The position numbers were made by a program, and so were the translations under genes. From positions 15,140 through 79,139 of the forward strand of contig CAYXIF010000001.1 in NCBI GenBank assembly GCA_964465575.1: a stretch of DNA of 64,000 nucleotides. The letters are read 5' to 3'. The stretch is from an uncultured Candidatus Bathyarchaeia archaeon. Its GTDB lineage: Archaea; Thermoproteota; Bathyarchaeia; Bathyarchaeales; DTEX01. Under the pieces are notes generated by a model, which was given only the letters and a program-made list of their open reading frames with translations, ran no database searches and was not told where the DNA came from. Positions 9,458 through 18,064 of the stretch are shown piece by piece (position 1 is the first letter of the stretch; every line of letters begins with the position of its first letter).

Positions 9458-9486
9458 CAGAAAGAGAAAACGAATGAAACAAAGCT
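9458..9486 (-). terminator. Oligo-T tracts immediately downstream of the SAM synthetase stop codon
   Basis: The minus strand reads gagctttgtttcattcgttttctctttctg directly after the stop. Archaeal termination typically occurs at oligo-T runs. Confidence 0.4.
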
Positions 9487-10695
9487 CTAGCATATCGGTA
9501 TTTTGCCTTGGGCTAGGTCCATGCAAAACTTGTCTATGTTCTCCAGCTCGTGGTCAACAATCTCTGCTGCCGCTTTCTTCACCTTGTTGAATGCTGTTCC
9601 TCTCTTCGTGATCAGCTGCACGGCTGCGACCGTTGGATGATCTATGGGGTGACCAATCCTGCTCAGCATCCAAACGTAGACCTCTTCTGCCTCTAGCACT
9701 TGGCGATTTATCTCGTTGGCGATCCTATGGGTTAAGAGGTTATAGATTTTCCCAACATGGCTGACTGGGTTCTTCCCAGCCGCAGCCTCGGAGCACTGAG
9801 GCCTGTTAAGTGAGATCAGTCCGTTCACCCGGTTTCCTCTCCCAACTTGGCCTGAATCTGCCCCGTCTGCGCTCGTTCCCAGCACAGTCAAGTAGACTCC
9901 CCCGATGCCTCTGCCCGGGGCGTCAAGTGTGTTCAGTTGGACACTCACCTTGCTGAAGTTGTTGTTCTCCTTAACAAACCGAGTTAGATCCTCAAGGGCT
10001 TCAGCCTTCTTCTCAAAATAATGCCTCTCACTCTCGATGAAGCGATCGACATAGGCCACCGAAACCGTAAGATCTAGCTCGTCGCCTTTCCGCAGTCCCA
10101 TCACCTTTATGTCCTCCCCTGTCTCAGGGAACCTTTTCTTGAAATCCTTGGAGTTCAGGTAGTTCTCTGTTCTCAAGACAGCTTTCTCAGTGTTCGTCAA
10201 CGGTGCCCATCCCACAGCCGCAGATGTGTCATTCGCTTCGAGGATTTTCCTGCCTCTCCTAAATATGTCAGTGAGCGCCGAGGATCCTGGCAGAATCTCA
10301 ACTTGGTATATGACATGGTGCTCCGGGTTCACGAACCTCAAGTTCCTCTCAAACCATTGCTTGGCTGTTTGGACAGCAATCTCTTCAACCGGTATCTCCG
10401 TCTCGTCAACCTTGAACGTCGCTCTGTCTCCAAAAATCAGCTTCATGGGTTTCTTGACGACTCCGCCACCGAACCTTGTCTCCACGTCTCCTGCGGCTAG
10501 CAAAGACTTGTCGATGTTATGGTGCATTATGAACCCTGTCTTGTCCAAATACTCCTTGCTCAAGGCGACCGAAACCTGGTTCATTATGCAGTCGCAGATT
10601 GTGTCCGGGTGGCCGAGGCCTTTTCTTTCAACAACTTCAATCTTTTGGTCCTCCAATGGAGCCTGCTCTAGCCGCGTGACTAGTATGTTTCTCAT
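9487..10695 (-). CDS. mat: Archaeal-type S-adenosylmethionine synthetase (methionine adenosyltransferase)
   Basis: 402 aa. The N-terminus contains VERKGLGHPDTICD, and the length and overall pattern match the archaeal MAT family rather than bacterial MetK. Confidence 0.93.
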   Translation of the reverse strand: MRNILVTRLEQAPLEDQKIEVVERKGLGHPDTICDCIMNQVSVALSKEYLDKTGFIMHHNIDKSLLAAGDVETRFGGGVVKKPMKLIFGDRATFKVDETEIPVEEIAVQTAKQWFERNLRFVNPEHHVIYQVEILPGSSALTDIFRRGRKILEANDTSAAVGWAPLTNTEKAVLRTENYLNSKDFKKRFPETGEDIKVMGLRKGDELDLTVSVAYVDRFIESERHYFEKKAEALEDLTRFVKENNNFSKVSVQLNTLDAPGRGIGGVYLTVLGTSADGADSGQVGRGNRVNGLISLNRPQCSEAAAGKNPVSHVGKIYNLLTHRIANEINRQVLEAEEVYVWMLSRIGHPIDHPTVAAVQLITKRGTAFNKVKKAAAEIVDHELENIDKFCMDLAQGKIPIC

Positions 10696-10714
10696 AGGAA
10701 GTCACCGTTCATAG

Positions 10715-10810
10715 GCCGCCGAATGAGATAGGACTAGAGGCGATATATACCTTACGGTATAATCTCCATTTCCAGTATACATTATTCTACATAACCGCCC
10801 GAATGATAGG
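10715..10810. promoter_or_regulatory. Divergent mat / HTH-CBS promoter region carrying an imperfect direct repeat CCGCC(C)GAATGA(GA)TAGG
   Basis: Repeat copy 1 is at 10715-10732 (gccgccgaatgagatagg) and copy 2 at 10794-10810 (accgcccgaatgatagg). They flank a TATA-like cgatatatac at 10741-10750. An A-rich tract (aaaaaataac) lies about 25 nt upstream of 10883. Confidence 0.4.
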
Positions 10811-10882
10811 CGATCATACAGAAAAGCAGATATTCACAGAAGCAACCATTGTATGTGGAAAAAATAACTACAGGTTATCAAG

Positions 10883-11440
10883 ATGCTTGTCAGAGGTCTA
10901 ATGTTGAAGAAGATGCGGATTGATGCCGGCCTTACGCAGAGCCAACTCGCAAGGATGGTAGGCGTGTCTCAAGCCCACATCGCAAAGATCGAGGGAGAAA
11001 AGGTCGACCCTAGGTTGTCCACTGTGAACAAGATACTTCAGATTGTTGCAGGCGGAAGAGGAAAGAAATGCGGCGAAATAATGACAAGAGGCGTGATCGT
11101 AGCAGACCCTAAGGACAAGGTCAGCAAGGTAAGCGAGCTCATGATAAAGCACGCTATCTCTCAGTTGCCTGTTGTTCAGGGCGACAAAGCAATAGGAATG
11201 ATCACTGAGGAAGGAATCGTGAGAAACCTCAATCCAAACATTGCGAATGAGCTAGTTGAGAGGGTCATGGTGCCTCCACTCCCAACTGTGACAGAAGACA
11301 CAGACGTGAGTGTAATAAGGCCGCTTGTTGAAACTCATCCTGGCGTGCTCGTCACAAAAGAAGGAAAGCTTGCAGGGATAATCACCCGTTCCGATCTTCT
11401 AAAAGTCATTTCGACCATAATGTCCACCGCTGTGCCCTAG
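10883..11440 (+). CDS. Transcriptional regulator with an XRE-type HTH domain fused to a CBS-domain pair
   Basis: 185 aa. The HTH segment is LTQSQLARMVGVSQAHIAKIE. Two CBS modules follow (IMTRGVIVADP...LPVVQGDKAIGMITE and VMVPPLPTV...VLVTKEGKLAGIITRSDL). Confidence 0.8.
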   Translation: MLVRGLMLKKMRIDAGLTQSQLARMVGVSQAHIAKIEGEKVDPRLSTVNKILQIVAGGRGKKCGEIMTRGVIVADPKDKVSKVSELMIKHAISQLPVVQGDKAIGMITEEGIVRNLNPNIANELVERVMVPPLPTVTEDTDVSVIRPLVETHPGVLVTKEGKLAGIITRSDLLKVISTIMSTAVP

Positions 11441-11977
11441 AATTCCCAAGGATTCAGGCAACCGTATGTGCCACAGGCTAGCCCCGACGTCTCTTCATTG
11501 CTCTAACAAAAACTAGGGAGCTTTTGCCATCCCTCTTGCCATCCAGTCTCCCGAATGTTCCAGAGAGCGAATCTGAATCAAACGTTCCTTTCTTGAAATC
11601 CTGCTCTCGACATGAGCAACGGCATGATCCTAGTCTCTACTCGCATGAACAGACAGGATCGGCAATTGCTCCCGGTGCACCAACCAGATAGAACCTTCCC
11701 CAGACTACTTCGGAGTCATATTCCAGTCTGATGTGGGCACCGGTCAGCGGAGAGGACGCGCCGTCCTACTCAGGCCCTAGCTGTAACTCGAAACCGTCCA
11801 CAACCGATCACTAGTGAACCCTCTTCATCATCTCCAAGGTGCGGGCAAGATCACATACAATTCCTGTCGCTTGGTCCAGCAATAAGCGCGCTCGAAACCG
11901 AAGCAAGCCATCTTGCGAGGCTACGTTTGCCTTGAGAACATATTCATGGTTAAGTGCCCGAAAGTTAACACTAAGGT

Positions 11978-12643
11978 ATGTTGAAGATTGGTCATAGAGG
12001 GGCAGGAGCTTACGAACCAGAGAATACAATCAGAAGCTTCAGTAGGGCTCTAGAGATAGGTGTAGATGCAGTGGAACTTGATGTCAGAAAGACCAAGGAC
12101 AATAGGCTGGTCGTCATCCATGATGCGAAGGTCGATAGAACCACAAGCGGCAAAGGCGCAGTAAACCAACTGACGCTTGATGAGATAAAGCAACTTGTGA
12201 CCGTGAACGATGAGAGGGTTCCCACCTTAGAGGAAGCTCTTGATTTTCTGGACAAGAAGGTCAGAATCCTCATCGAACTGAAAGAGACAGGCGTTGAGGA
12301 ACAAGTGTTGAACATTGTCCGCACAAAGGAACTGACCGACAACGTGATATTGATCTCCTTCATTGAAGACGCCTTGAGAAGAGTCAGGAAGCTGAATAGT
12401 GAGGTCGAGACTGGACTGATTTATGTTAAGCACAAGAACCCTGTAGAGGCAGCTTTGGAGTTGAAAGCCAGCTACTTGGTTGCTCTCTACCGCTTCATTC
12501 ACTCTGCAGACGTCCAGAAAGCCCACGCTAACGGGCTAAAGGTCATCGTGTGGACAATCAACAACAAAGAAGAGGTCCCTGTGTATGTCAAGAAAGGCGT
12601 AGACGGCATAACCAGCGACAAACCCGATATCCTGAAAAACTAA
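11978..12643 (+). CDS. Glycerophosphodiester phosphodiesterase (GDPD family)
   Basis: 221 aa with the motifs IGHRGAGAYEPENT, VELDVRKTKDNRLVVIHD and VIVWTIN. Confidence 0.85.
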   Translation: MLKIGHRGAGAYEPENTIRSFSRALEIGVDAVELDVRKTKDNRLVVIHDAKVDRTTSGKGAVNQLTLDEIKQLVTVNDERVPTLEEALDFLDKKVRILIELKETGVEEQVLNIVRTKELTDNVILISFIEDALRRVRKLNSEVETGLIYVKHKNPVEAALELKASYLVALYRFIHSADVQKAHANGLKVIVWTINNKEEVPVYVKKGVDGITSDKPDILKN

Positions 12644-12712
12644 CAGGACCTAAAGACACAGTCTCAGGTGTGCCTTACCAATCCTAAAAAAACATCAGAG
12701 CCAACGCTTTAC

Positions 12713-13231
12713 TTAGGAAAGATGGATCCTGAAGTCTTCTTTGATAACGTTGAGCACTACGTTCGTAACAGTTCTCCTTACGTAGGGAATGGATAGCAAG
12801 TTCTTCACGAAGTCGTTCAATTCTATTCTGTCCTTAAATCGGACAACGGCTGCAACGTCGAAGTCTCCAGTAATATCATAGACGGAAACAACACTCTTCA
12901 TCTTCGCAATCTCCTTTTCCACTTCGACTAAGTGGGTTCCCTCAGCTTGTATCAAAACGACCGCAGCCATTGCGAACCCGAGCTTGATGGGATCAGCCAA
13001 TACTGTGTAACCCTTGATCACGCCTTTGTCTTCCAAGCCCTTGATCCGGTTGTATGCAGTTCCAACTGATATCCCGAGTCTGCCCGCAATCTTGCTGAAG
13101 CTTAGGCGGGAGTCTTCCTGAAGCAACTTGATGATACCGAAGTCAATCTCGTCAAATTCTTCGACTGGAGCGGACTCCAAACCCTTCACCGCCACAGATG
13201 GTGCTGAACGTTTATTCAACTTTTCTCTCAA
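12713..13231 (-). CDS. lrp: Lrp/AsnC-family transcriptional regulator (full length: HTH plus RAM domain)
   Basis: 172 aa with IDFGIIKLLQEDSRLSFSKIAGRLGISVGTAYNRIKGLEDKGVIKGY followed by a RAM domain. The track start is a TTG that abuts a TATA-like element, so the true start may be a GTG near 13195. Confidence 0.88.
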   Translation of the reverse strand: MREKLNKRSAPSVAVKGLESAPVEEFDEIDFGIIKLLQEDSRLSFSKIAGRLGISVGTAYNRIKGLEDKGVIKGYTVLADPIKLGFAMAAVVLIQAEGTHLVEVEKEIAKMKSVVSVYDITGDFDVAAVVRFKDRIELNDFVKNLLSIPYVRRTVTNVVLNVIKEDFRIHLS

Positions 13232-13271
13232 TATTTAAACGTTTCGACCTAAATCCGAAAGACTTATATAC
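13232..13271. promoter_or_regulatory. Divergent lrp / glnA promoter region with two TATA-like boxes
   Basis: tatttaaa at 13232-13239 serves the minus-strand lrp gene. cttatatac at 13263-13271 lies about 50 nt upstream of the glnA GTG. A strong SD, GGTGATCAC, sits immediately before GTG 13320. Confidence 0.4.
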
Positions 13272-13319
13272 GATTCTGACACTTAGTGTGGATCCGTTGA
13301 ATGAATCGAAGGTGATCAC

Positions 13320-14783
13320 GTGGAGGCCGACGCTCAAAGGAAGGCCATAGAGACTCTGAAGAAGCACAAGGTCAGGTGGATACACGCGGCTTTCGTGGAC
13401 ATGCGCGGTCTAATGCAGGACATGGTCATCCCGGCAAGAGATTTCACAGACGGCTCCGCCTTCACTTCCGGCCTAGGCTTCGACGGCTCGTCAGTTAGAG
13501 GCTTTAAATCCATCGAAGAATCAGACATGATACTCAAGCCCGACCCGAAGACATTAGCTATCATCCCATGGACCAGCGGCGAAAACCAAAAAAGCGCAAT
13601 CACCCTAGGCGATGTCTACGAAGCCTACGGCGGAAAAGAAGCCTCTGAAGTATGCCCAAGGGGATGCGTCGCAAAAAGAGCTGTGAGCGCAGCAGCGGAG
13701 CTCGGGTACACTCCACACTTTGCTCCAGAACTAGAACACTTCCTATTCGCTTCGATCGATCCGACAAAGCTCACTTGGGACCTTTGGGTAAGCCCAAAGG
13801 GGGGTGAAGGGGATTCATGGGGAGCGCCAAGAGTTGTGCCACAGTCGCCAGAGATCACTCCAGGAAACTTCACGTTGAGACCCAAAGAAGCCTTCTGCAG
13901 ACCGCCACCGGAAGATACAACCGTTGAGTACCGCAATGAAGTCTCTTCAGTCCTCGAGGACTACTTCGGCTTCACAATCGAAAAGCACCACCACGAAGTT
14001 GCCACGGCCGGCCAACTCGAAATAGCTTTCCGCTTCGGGACCTTAGTAGAAACTGCGGACAAGGCGATCTACTACAAATTCGTAGCGAAGAACGTAGCCA
14101 AGAAGCACGGCATGATTGCTACATTCATGCCCAAGCCGGTTTACCTTGACAACGCTAGCGGAATGCACGTCCACACATCCATATGGAAAGACAACGAGAA
14201 TATAATGTACGACAAGAACGACGAGTATGCAGAGCTGAGTCAGACTGGAAGATATTTTGTCGGAGGACTGCTGGAACATGCAAAGGCCTTGACTGCTGTG
14301 TGCTCACCCACTGTTAGCTCATACAAAAGGCTTGTGCCCGGCTTTGAGGCTCCGATCTACATCATGTGGTCTCGGCGTAACAGGTCAGCACTAGCCCGAA
14401 TACCCGTGTACTACAAAGGAGCAAAGTTCGCATCCCACAAACGGGTCGAGTACCGAGGCGCAGACCCATCATGTAATGTTTACCTAGCTTTCTCATGTCT
14501 CCTCATGGCCGGTCTTGACGGGATCAGAAGGAAGATGGATCCTGGCGATCCCGTTGACGAGGATGTCTACAAACTGACATCTGAAAGGCGGAGAGCCTTG
14601 GGAATAGGGGAGCTTCCGACGACGTTGAGGGATGCATTAGAGGAGATGAAGAGCGACGAGGTGATCCATAGAACGCTAGGAAGCCACATTTTCGAGGCCT
14701 TCATCGAGTACAAGATGAACGATTGGAATCAGTACTGCCTCTATGTGACGCCTTGGGAGATAATGAAGTACCTAGACTATTAA
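13320..14783 (+). CDS. glnA: Glutamine synthetase (type I-like)
   Basis: 487 aa with a GTG start. Motifs include FDGSSVRGF, PELEHFLF, HHEVATAGQLEI, NASGMHVHTS, SYKRLVPGFEAP, RNRSALARIP and EYRGADPSCNVYLA. The loop at about aa 140-200 is longer than in the bacterial GSI sequences I recall. Confidence 0.88.
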   Translation: MEADAQRKAIETLKKHKVRWIHAAFVDMRGLMQDMVIPARDFTDGSAFTSGLGFDGSSVRGFKSIEESDMILKPDPKTLAIIPWTSGENQKSAITLGDVYEAYGGKEASEVCPRGCVAKRAVSAAAELGYTPHFAPELEHFLFASIDPTKLTWDLWVSPKGGEGDSWGAPRVVPQSPEITPGNFTLRPKEAFCRPPPEDTTVEYRNEVSSVLEDYFGFTIEKHHHEVATAGQLEIAFRFGTLVETADKAIYYKFVAKNVAKKHGMIATFMPKPVYLDNASGMHVHTSIWKDNENIMYDKNDEYAELSQTGRYFVGGLLEHAKALTAVCSPTVSSYKRLVPGFEAPIYIMWSRRNRSALARIPVYYKGAKFASHKRVEYRGADPSCNVYLAFSCLLMAGLDGIRRKMDPGDPVDEDVYKLTSERRRALGIGELPTTLRDALEEMKSDEVIHRTLGSHIFEAFIEYKMNDWNQYCLYVTPWEIMKYLDY

Positions 14784-14796
14784 GGTGGTGGATTGA

Positions 14797-15060
14797 ATGA
14801 GAGCATACGTGTTCATAGAGACGAAGCCTGCGACATCTCTGCAAGTAGTGGAGCGAATTAGGAAGAAGGTCAAAGAAGTCATTCAAGCAGATGCGATCTA
14901 CGGCCGATACGACGCAATCCTAATAATTGAAGCCCCAAACCTTGAGAGCGTAAACGAGATTCTCTACAAGATCATCGAGAAGGATCCAAATATCATACAC
15001 ACGGAAACATCTCTGGTGTTGGAGAGTCCGTCGTCAGGCGAAACTGTTGAGCCAGTGTGA
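14797..15060 (+). CDS. Stand-alone RAM (Lrp/AsnC ligand-binding) domain protein
   Basis: 87 aa: MRAYVFIETKPATSLQVVERIRK...AIYGRYDAILIIEAPNLESVNEILYKI...IIHTETSLVL. This is the beta-alpha-beta-beta-alpha-beta RAM pattern with no HTH. Confidence 0.7.
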   Translation: MRAYVFIETKPATSLQVVERIRKKVKEVIQADAIYGRYDAILIIEAPNLESVNEILYKIIEKDPNIIHTETSLVLESPSSGETVEPV

Positions 15061-15361
15061 GATAGAGAGGGATTATGCCTTGGCTCCAACTAAGGACCTG
15101 CGTCATAAAGTTCTGCGAGCCTTCATAATGGTCACTGTAAAGCCAGGGACTTCAGAGGAACTTGTGAGGTCCAGACGCATCAAAGGTGTCAAGATGGCGA
15201 ATTCAGTTCTAGGAAGGTTTGATGTTGTCGTTGTTGTCGAAGCAGAGAGTCTAGAGGAACTGGGAATGATAATCTATGAGATGGTCGAGCGACACCCGAA
15301 TGTCGTCCATACTGAGACACTGATATCGATATTTCATCCAGCACAGTTGGCCCTGCCATGA
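15047..15361 (+). CDS. Stand-alone RAM (Lrp/AsnC ligand-binding) domain protein, paralogue of the preceding gene
   Basis: RAFIMVTVKPGTSEELV...VLGRFDVVVVVEAESLEELGMIIYEM...VVHTETLISI aligns with 14797..15060. The start is uncertain: TTG at 15047 overlaps the upstream gene, and TTG at 15080 is an alternative. Confidence 0.65.
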   Translation: MSQCEIERDYALAPTKDLRHKVLRAFIMVTVKPGTSEELVRSRRIKGVKMANSVLGRFDVVVVVEAESLEELGMIIYEMVERHPNVVHTETLISIFHPAQLALP

Positions 15362-15377
15362 ACCCTTCTCTCCAACA

Positions 15378-16628
15378 GTGAGAAGTCCTCTAGCAAGGAC
15401 CGGAGAATGCTCGGACATGGATCTAGAAAGTCTTGGTTTTGGGAAGCTGCCGTTAAAGACTAATCCCGTAATCGACGACACTACTCTAAGAGACGGCGTG
15501 CAGATGCCTGGGTTAGCCGTTTCTCCAGAGGATGCCGCCCAGATAGCTCGGCTGTTGGACGAAATCGGGGTCGAGAGAATCGAGCTGCATCATTACCAGA
15601 AGACAGACAAGACGGCAGCAAAGCTGATCCAGCGCATGGGTCTGAACGCAAGGATAGCGGGTTGGTGCAGAGCCTTGAAGGAAGACGTAGACGATGCAAT
15701 AAGCTGCGGCTTCGAAGACGTCGGAATCTCGCACCCAGTATCACACATTCATTTCCGGGCAAAATGGCCCGAGAAGACTCCGGACGAGCTTCTGAGCAGA
15801 GTTGTAGAAGTTGTGGAATATGCTGCCAAGGACCATGGCCTCAGAGTCTTCGTGCACGGGGAAGACAGCACCAGAGCAGACTGGAGCTTTGAACGAAAGT
15901 ACATCAACGCCATCGCTGAGGCTGGTGCAGAATGCTACCGGGTCTGCGATACCGTTGGAGTCGGGTTATCAGCTGTCAACGCTCCGCTGCCAAGCGGGAT
16001 TCCTATCAAGATAAGGGCGATCAAGGCTGAGACCAAGATCAAAGATGTCGAGATCCATGCCCACGATGACTTCGGCAACGCTGTTGAGAACACTTTGGCT
16101 GCGGTCAGGGCCGCCTCAGGCATCTGGGACAGAGTCTATGCCAGCACAACCTACTTAGGCATTGGCGAAAGAGCTGGAAACGCTGAGACTGAGAAGGTCA
16201 TCATGAACCTTTTCATGCATCATGGAGTAGGGAAGTTCGAGGGCAAGGTCAAAAGGCTCAAGGAGATAGCGGAGTTCATTGGTCGAGCTACTGGTTACAC
16301 CGTCCCACCGAACAAAGCCATAGTAGGCGACTATGCCTTTGCTCACGAGTCAGGTATCCATACTCATGGCGTTCTGAGCGACACTGCAACTTATGAACCG
16401 TATCCGCCCGAGCTTGTGGGAAACGCGAGGCGACTGACGATCGGCAAACAGTCAGGAAAAGCCATCATCAAGTACAAGACTAAGGAAGTTGCTGGAAAGA
16501 CGCCGACCAAGGACCATCTTGACACAATCGTACAAAGGATCAAACAGATCTATAGCAGGGGAAGGAAAGCATCGCTAAGAGAAGAGGAGTTCAAAAGGAT
16601 ACTTCGAGAAGCTGGGCTATTGGCTTGA
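15378..16628 (+). CDS. HMGL-like acyl-CoA:2-oxoacid condensing enzyme (homocitrate / isopropylmalate / citramalate synthase family, lacking the LeuA regulatory domain)
   Basis: 416 aa with the motifs DTTLRDGVQ, EIHAHDDFGNAVENTLAA and HESGIHTHG. An alternative ATG start is at 15417. Confidence 0.8.
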   Translation: MRSPLARTGECSDMDLESLGFGKLPLKTNPVIDDTTLRDGVQMPGLAVSPEDAAQIARLLDEIGVERIELHHYQKTDKTAAKLIQRMGLNARIAGWCRALKEDVDDAISCGFEDVGISHPVSHIHFRAKWPEKTPDELLSRVVEVVEYAAKDHGLRVFVHGEDSTRADWSFERKYINAIAEAGAECYRVCDTVGVGLSAVNAPLPSGIPIKIRAIKAETKIKDVEIHAHDDFGNAVENTLAAVRAASGIWDRVYASTTYLGIGERAGNAETEKVIMNLFMHHGVGKFEGKVKRLKEIAEFIGRATGYTVPPNKAIVGDYAFAHESGIHTHGVLSDTATYEPYPPELVGNARRLTIGKQSGKAIIKYKTKEVAGKTPTKDHLDTIVQRIKQIYSRGRKASLREEEFKRILREAGLLA

Positions 16629-16648
16629 AGAGTTCAGGCTTAGGGCGG

Positions 16649-17485
16649 TTATTGGGCGGCTTTGAACCTTCTTGCGGCCTCAGCCAAATTTCTGAGCTTC
16701 CTCATCGATGTCTCGTATCCTTTCTCTTTGGAGCATTCCACAATCAATGGCCTGAAGCCGCAGTCAGGCGTAAACATCAAGGTGTCGCCGTACTTCCGGA
16801 ACTTCTCCATTACCGCCAGAATCTCTTCAGGACTCTCTATTCTTGGTTTCTTGCTGGATAGACAGCCAACTGAAAGTATCTTCCCGCTCTGCTGTACTTC
16901 TTTTGGCACGTAGACATCCATGTTCGTTGGCGTGTCATAGAACTCGTGGCTCAGGAAGCCAAGGTCAGTCTGCAAAAGAATCTTAGCGAGTCTCGGGGAA
17001 ATCCTTCCGCAGATATGAGTACCAGCGGCTTTGTCTCCGCAAGCCTTCTTGACGGTGTTGTAGACCTCGATAATATCTTCTTCACTGCACTTCAAAGCGA
17101 CTCTTCCTCCCACGACTGTCCCGAGTATGGGCTCATCAATTGATACTAGGTCAGCCTGTTCCGAAGCTTCCCTGCAGCTCTTATCTAGAATCCGGGCAAT
17201 CTGCTCAACCAACTTCAGATCAGAGATTGCTCTGTTGAACGGAAAGACTCCGGGTCCGGTCTCAATGTATGATGCAAGTGTGAATGGTCCGGTTATGGGC
17301 GCCTTCAGCCTAACAATGTCTTTCACACCCTTTTCCCGGAGGTATTTCAGAGTCCAGCGGAAAAGCTCCAAGCCTGGCGGCGAAACGCAATCGGTCAGTT
17401 CCTTGGCCACGAGCTTGTAGTGGTCTTTTTCCGGGACGATCCCGCATCCTTCCCTAGCCATGCTGTCCAGAAACTGCTTGCCCAT
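16649..17485 (-). CDS. Cobalamin-independent methionine synthase (MetE C-terminal domain)-like protein
   Basis: 278-aa ORF from the first ATG. The reading frame stays open upstream to 17623 and there encodes LKLTGVYTSTIGSYPLDD, the conserved N-terminal strand of the family, without any ATG/GTG/TTG (see findings). The C-terminal part has THICGR and MFTPDCGF motifs consistent with Zn-binding sites. Confidence 0.7.
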   Translation of the reverse strand: MGKQFLDSMAREGCGIVPEKDHYKLVAKELTDCVSPPGLELFRWTLKYLREKGVKDIVRLKAPITGPFTLASYIETGPGVFPFNRAISDLKLVEQIARILDKSCREASEQADLVSIDEPILGTVVGGRVALKCSEEDIIEVYNTVKKACGDKAAGTHICGRISPRLAKILLQTDLGFLSHEFYDTPTNMDVYVPKEVQQSGKILSVGCLSSKKPRIESPEEILAVMEKFRKYGDTLMFTPDCGFRPLIVECSKEKGYETSMRKLRNLAEAARRFKAAQ

Positions 17486-17702
17486 ATCTGTCAGCTGCGG
17501 GTATGCGGGGAATCCGAGACGCAGGTCGAGAAGGTCTTCTAAGCATCTTCTTCTGTTGTCTATAGTATCATCTAAGGGGTAACTCCCAATCGTCGAGGTG
17601 TAAACGCCAGTTAGCTTCAGGTCTCACACCTAGCAGAGGAAACACAGTGCTTGGAGAAAACCCTTTCGCTTTTGTATCAAGAGGATGGGACTGAGAAATA
17701 CT

Positions 17703-17969
17703 CTACTCGTCCCAGGCTGCAGGCTCGTTAGGCTCGTCAAGCTCGTTTAGAGCTTCAAAGCCGACAAGGTGAATCGTGCTTCTACACTTCTTGCAGCGAA
17801 TCGTGAGCGACTCCAGTGCACCATCCTTTCCGGTCTTGACGTCTGCGACTTGGTATGTGACCTCTGACTCATCGTCTGGAGAAATCGGCGTCTTGCACGA
17901 TGGGCACAGAAAATCTCCTTCGCCCTCAATCTGAGTCAGGTCGATTCTGAACACGGATATCTGCCCCAT
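17703..17969 (-). CDS. Small zinc-ribbon protein (hypothetical)
   Basis: 88 aa with CPSC...CKKC (two CxxC pairs) and an acidic C-terminus. I do not recognise a family. Confidence 0.5.
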   Translation of the reverse strand: MGQISVFRIDLTQIEGEGDFLCPSCKTPISPDDESEVTYQVADVKTGKDGALESLTIRCKKCRSTIHLVGFEALNELDEPNEPAAWDE

Positions 17970-18064
17970 ATCTCTACCGCCGGGTTTTCATTGATCAAGA
18001 AGGAGCTTAAGATCGCCTTTTAAAGCTTAGGAATCAAAAGTCCATGATTCTTTCAGTGCAGCGT

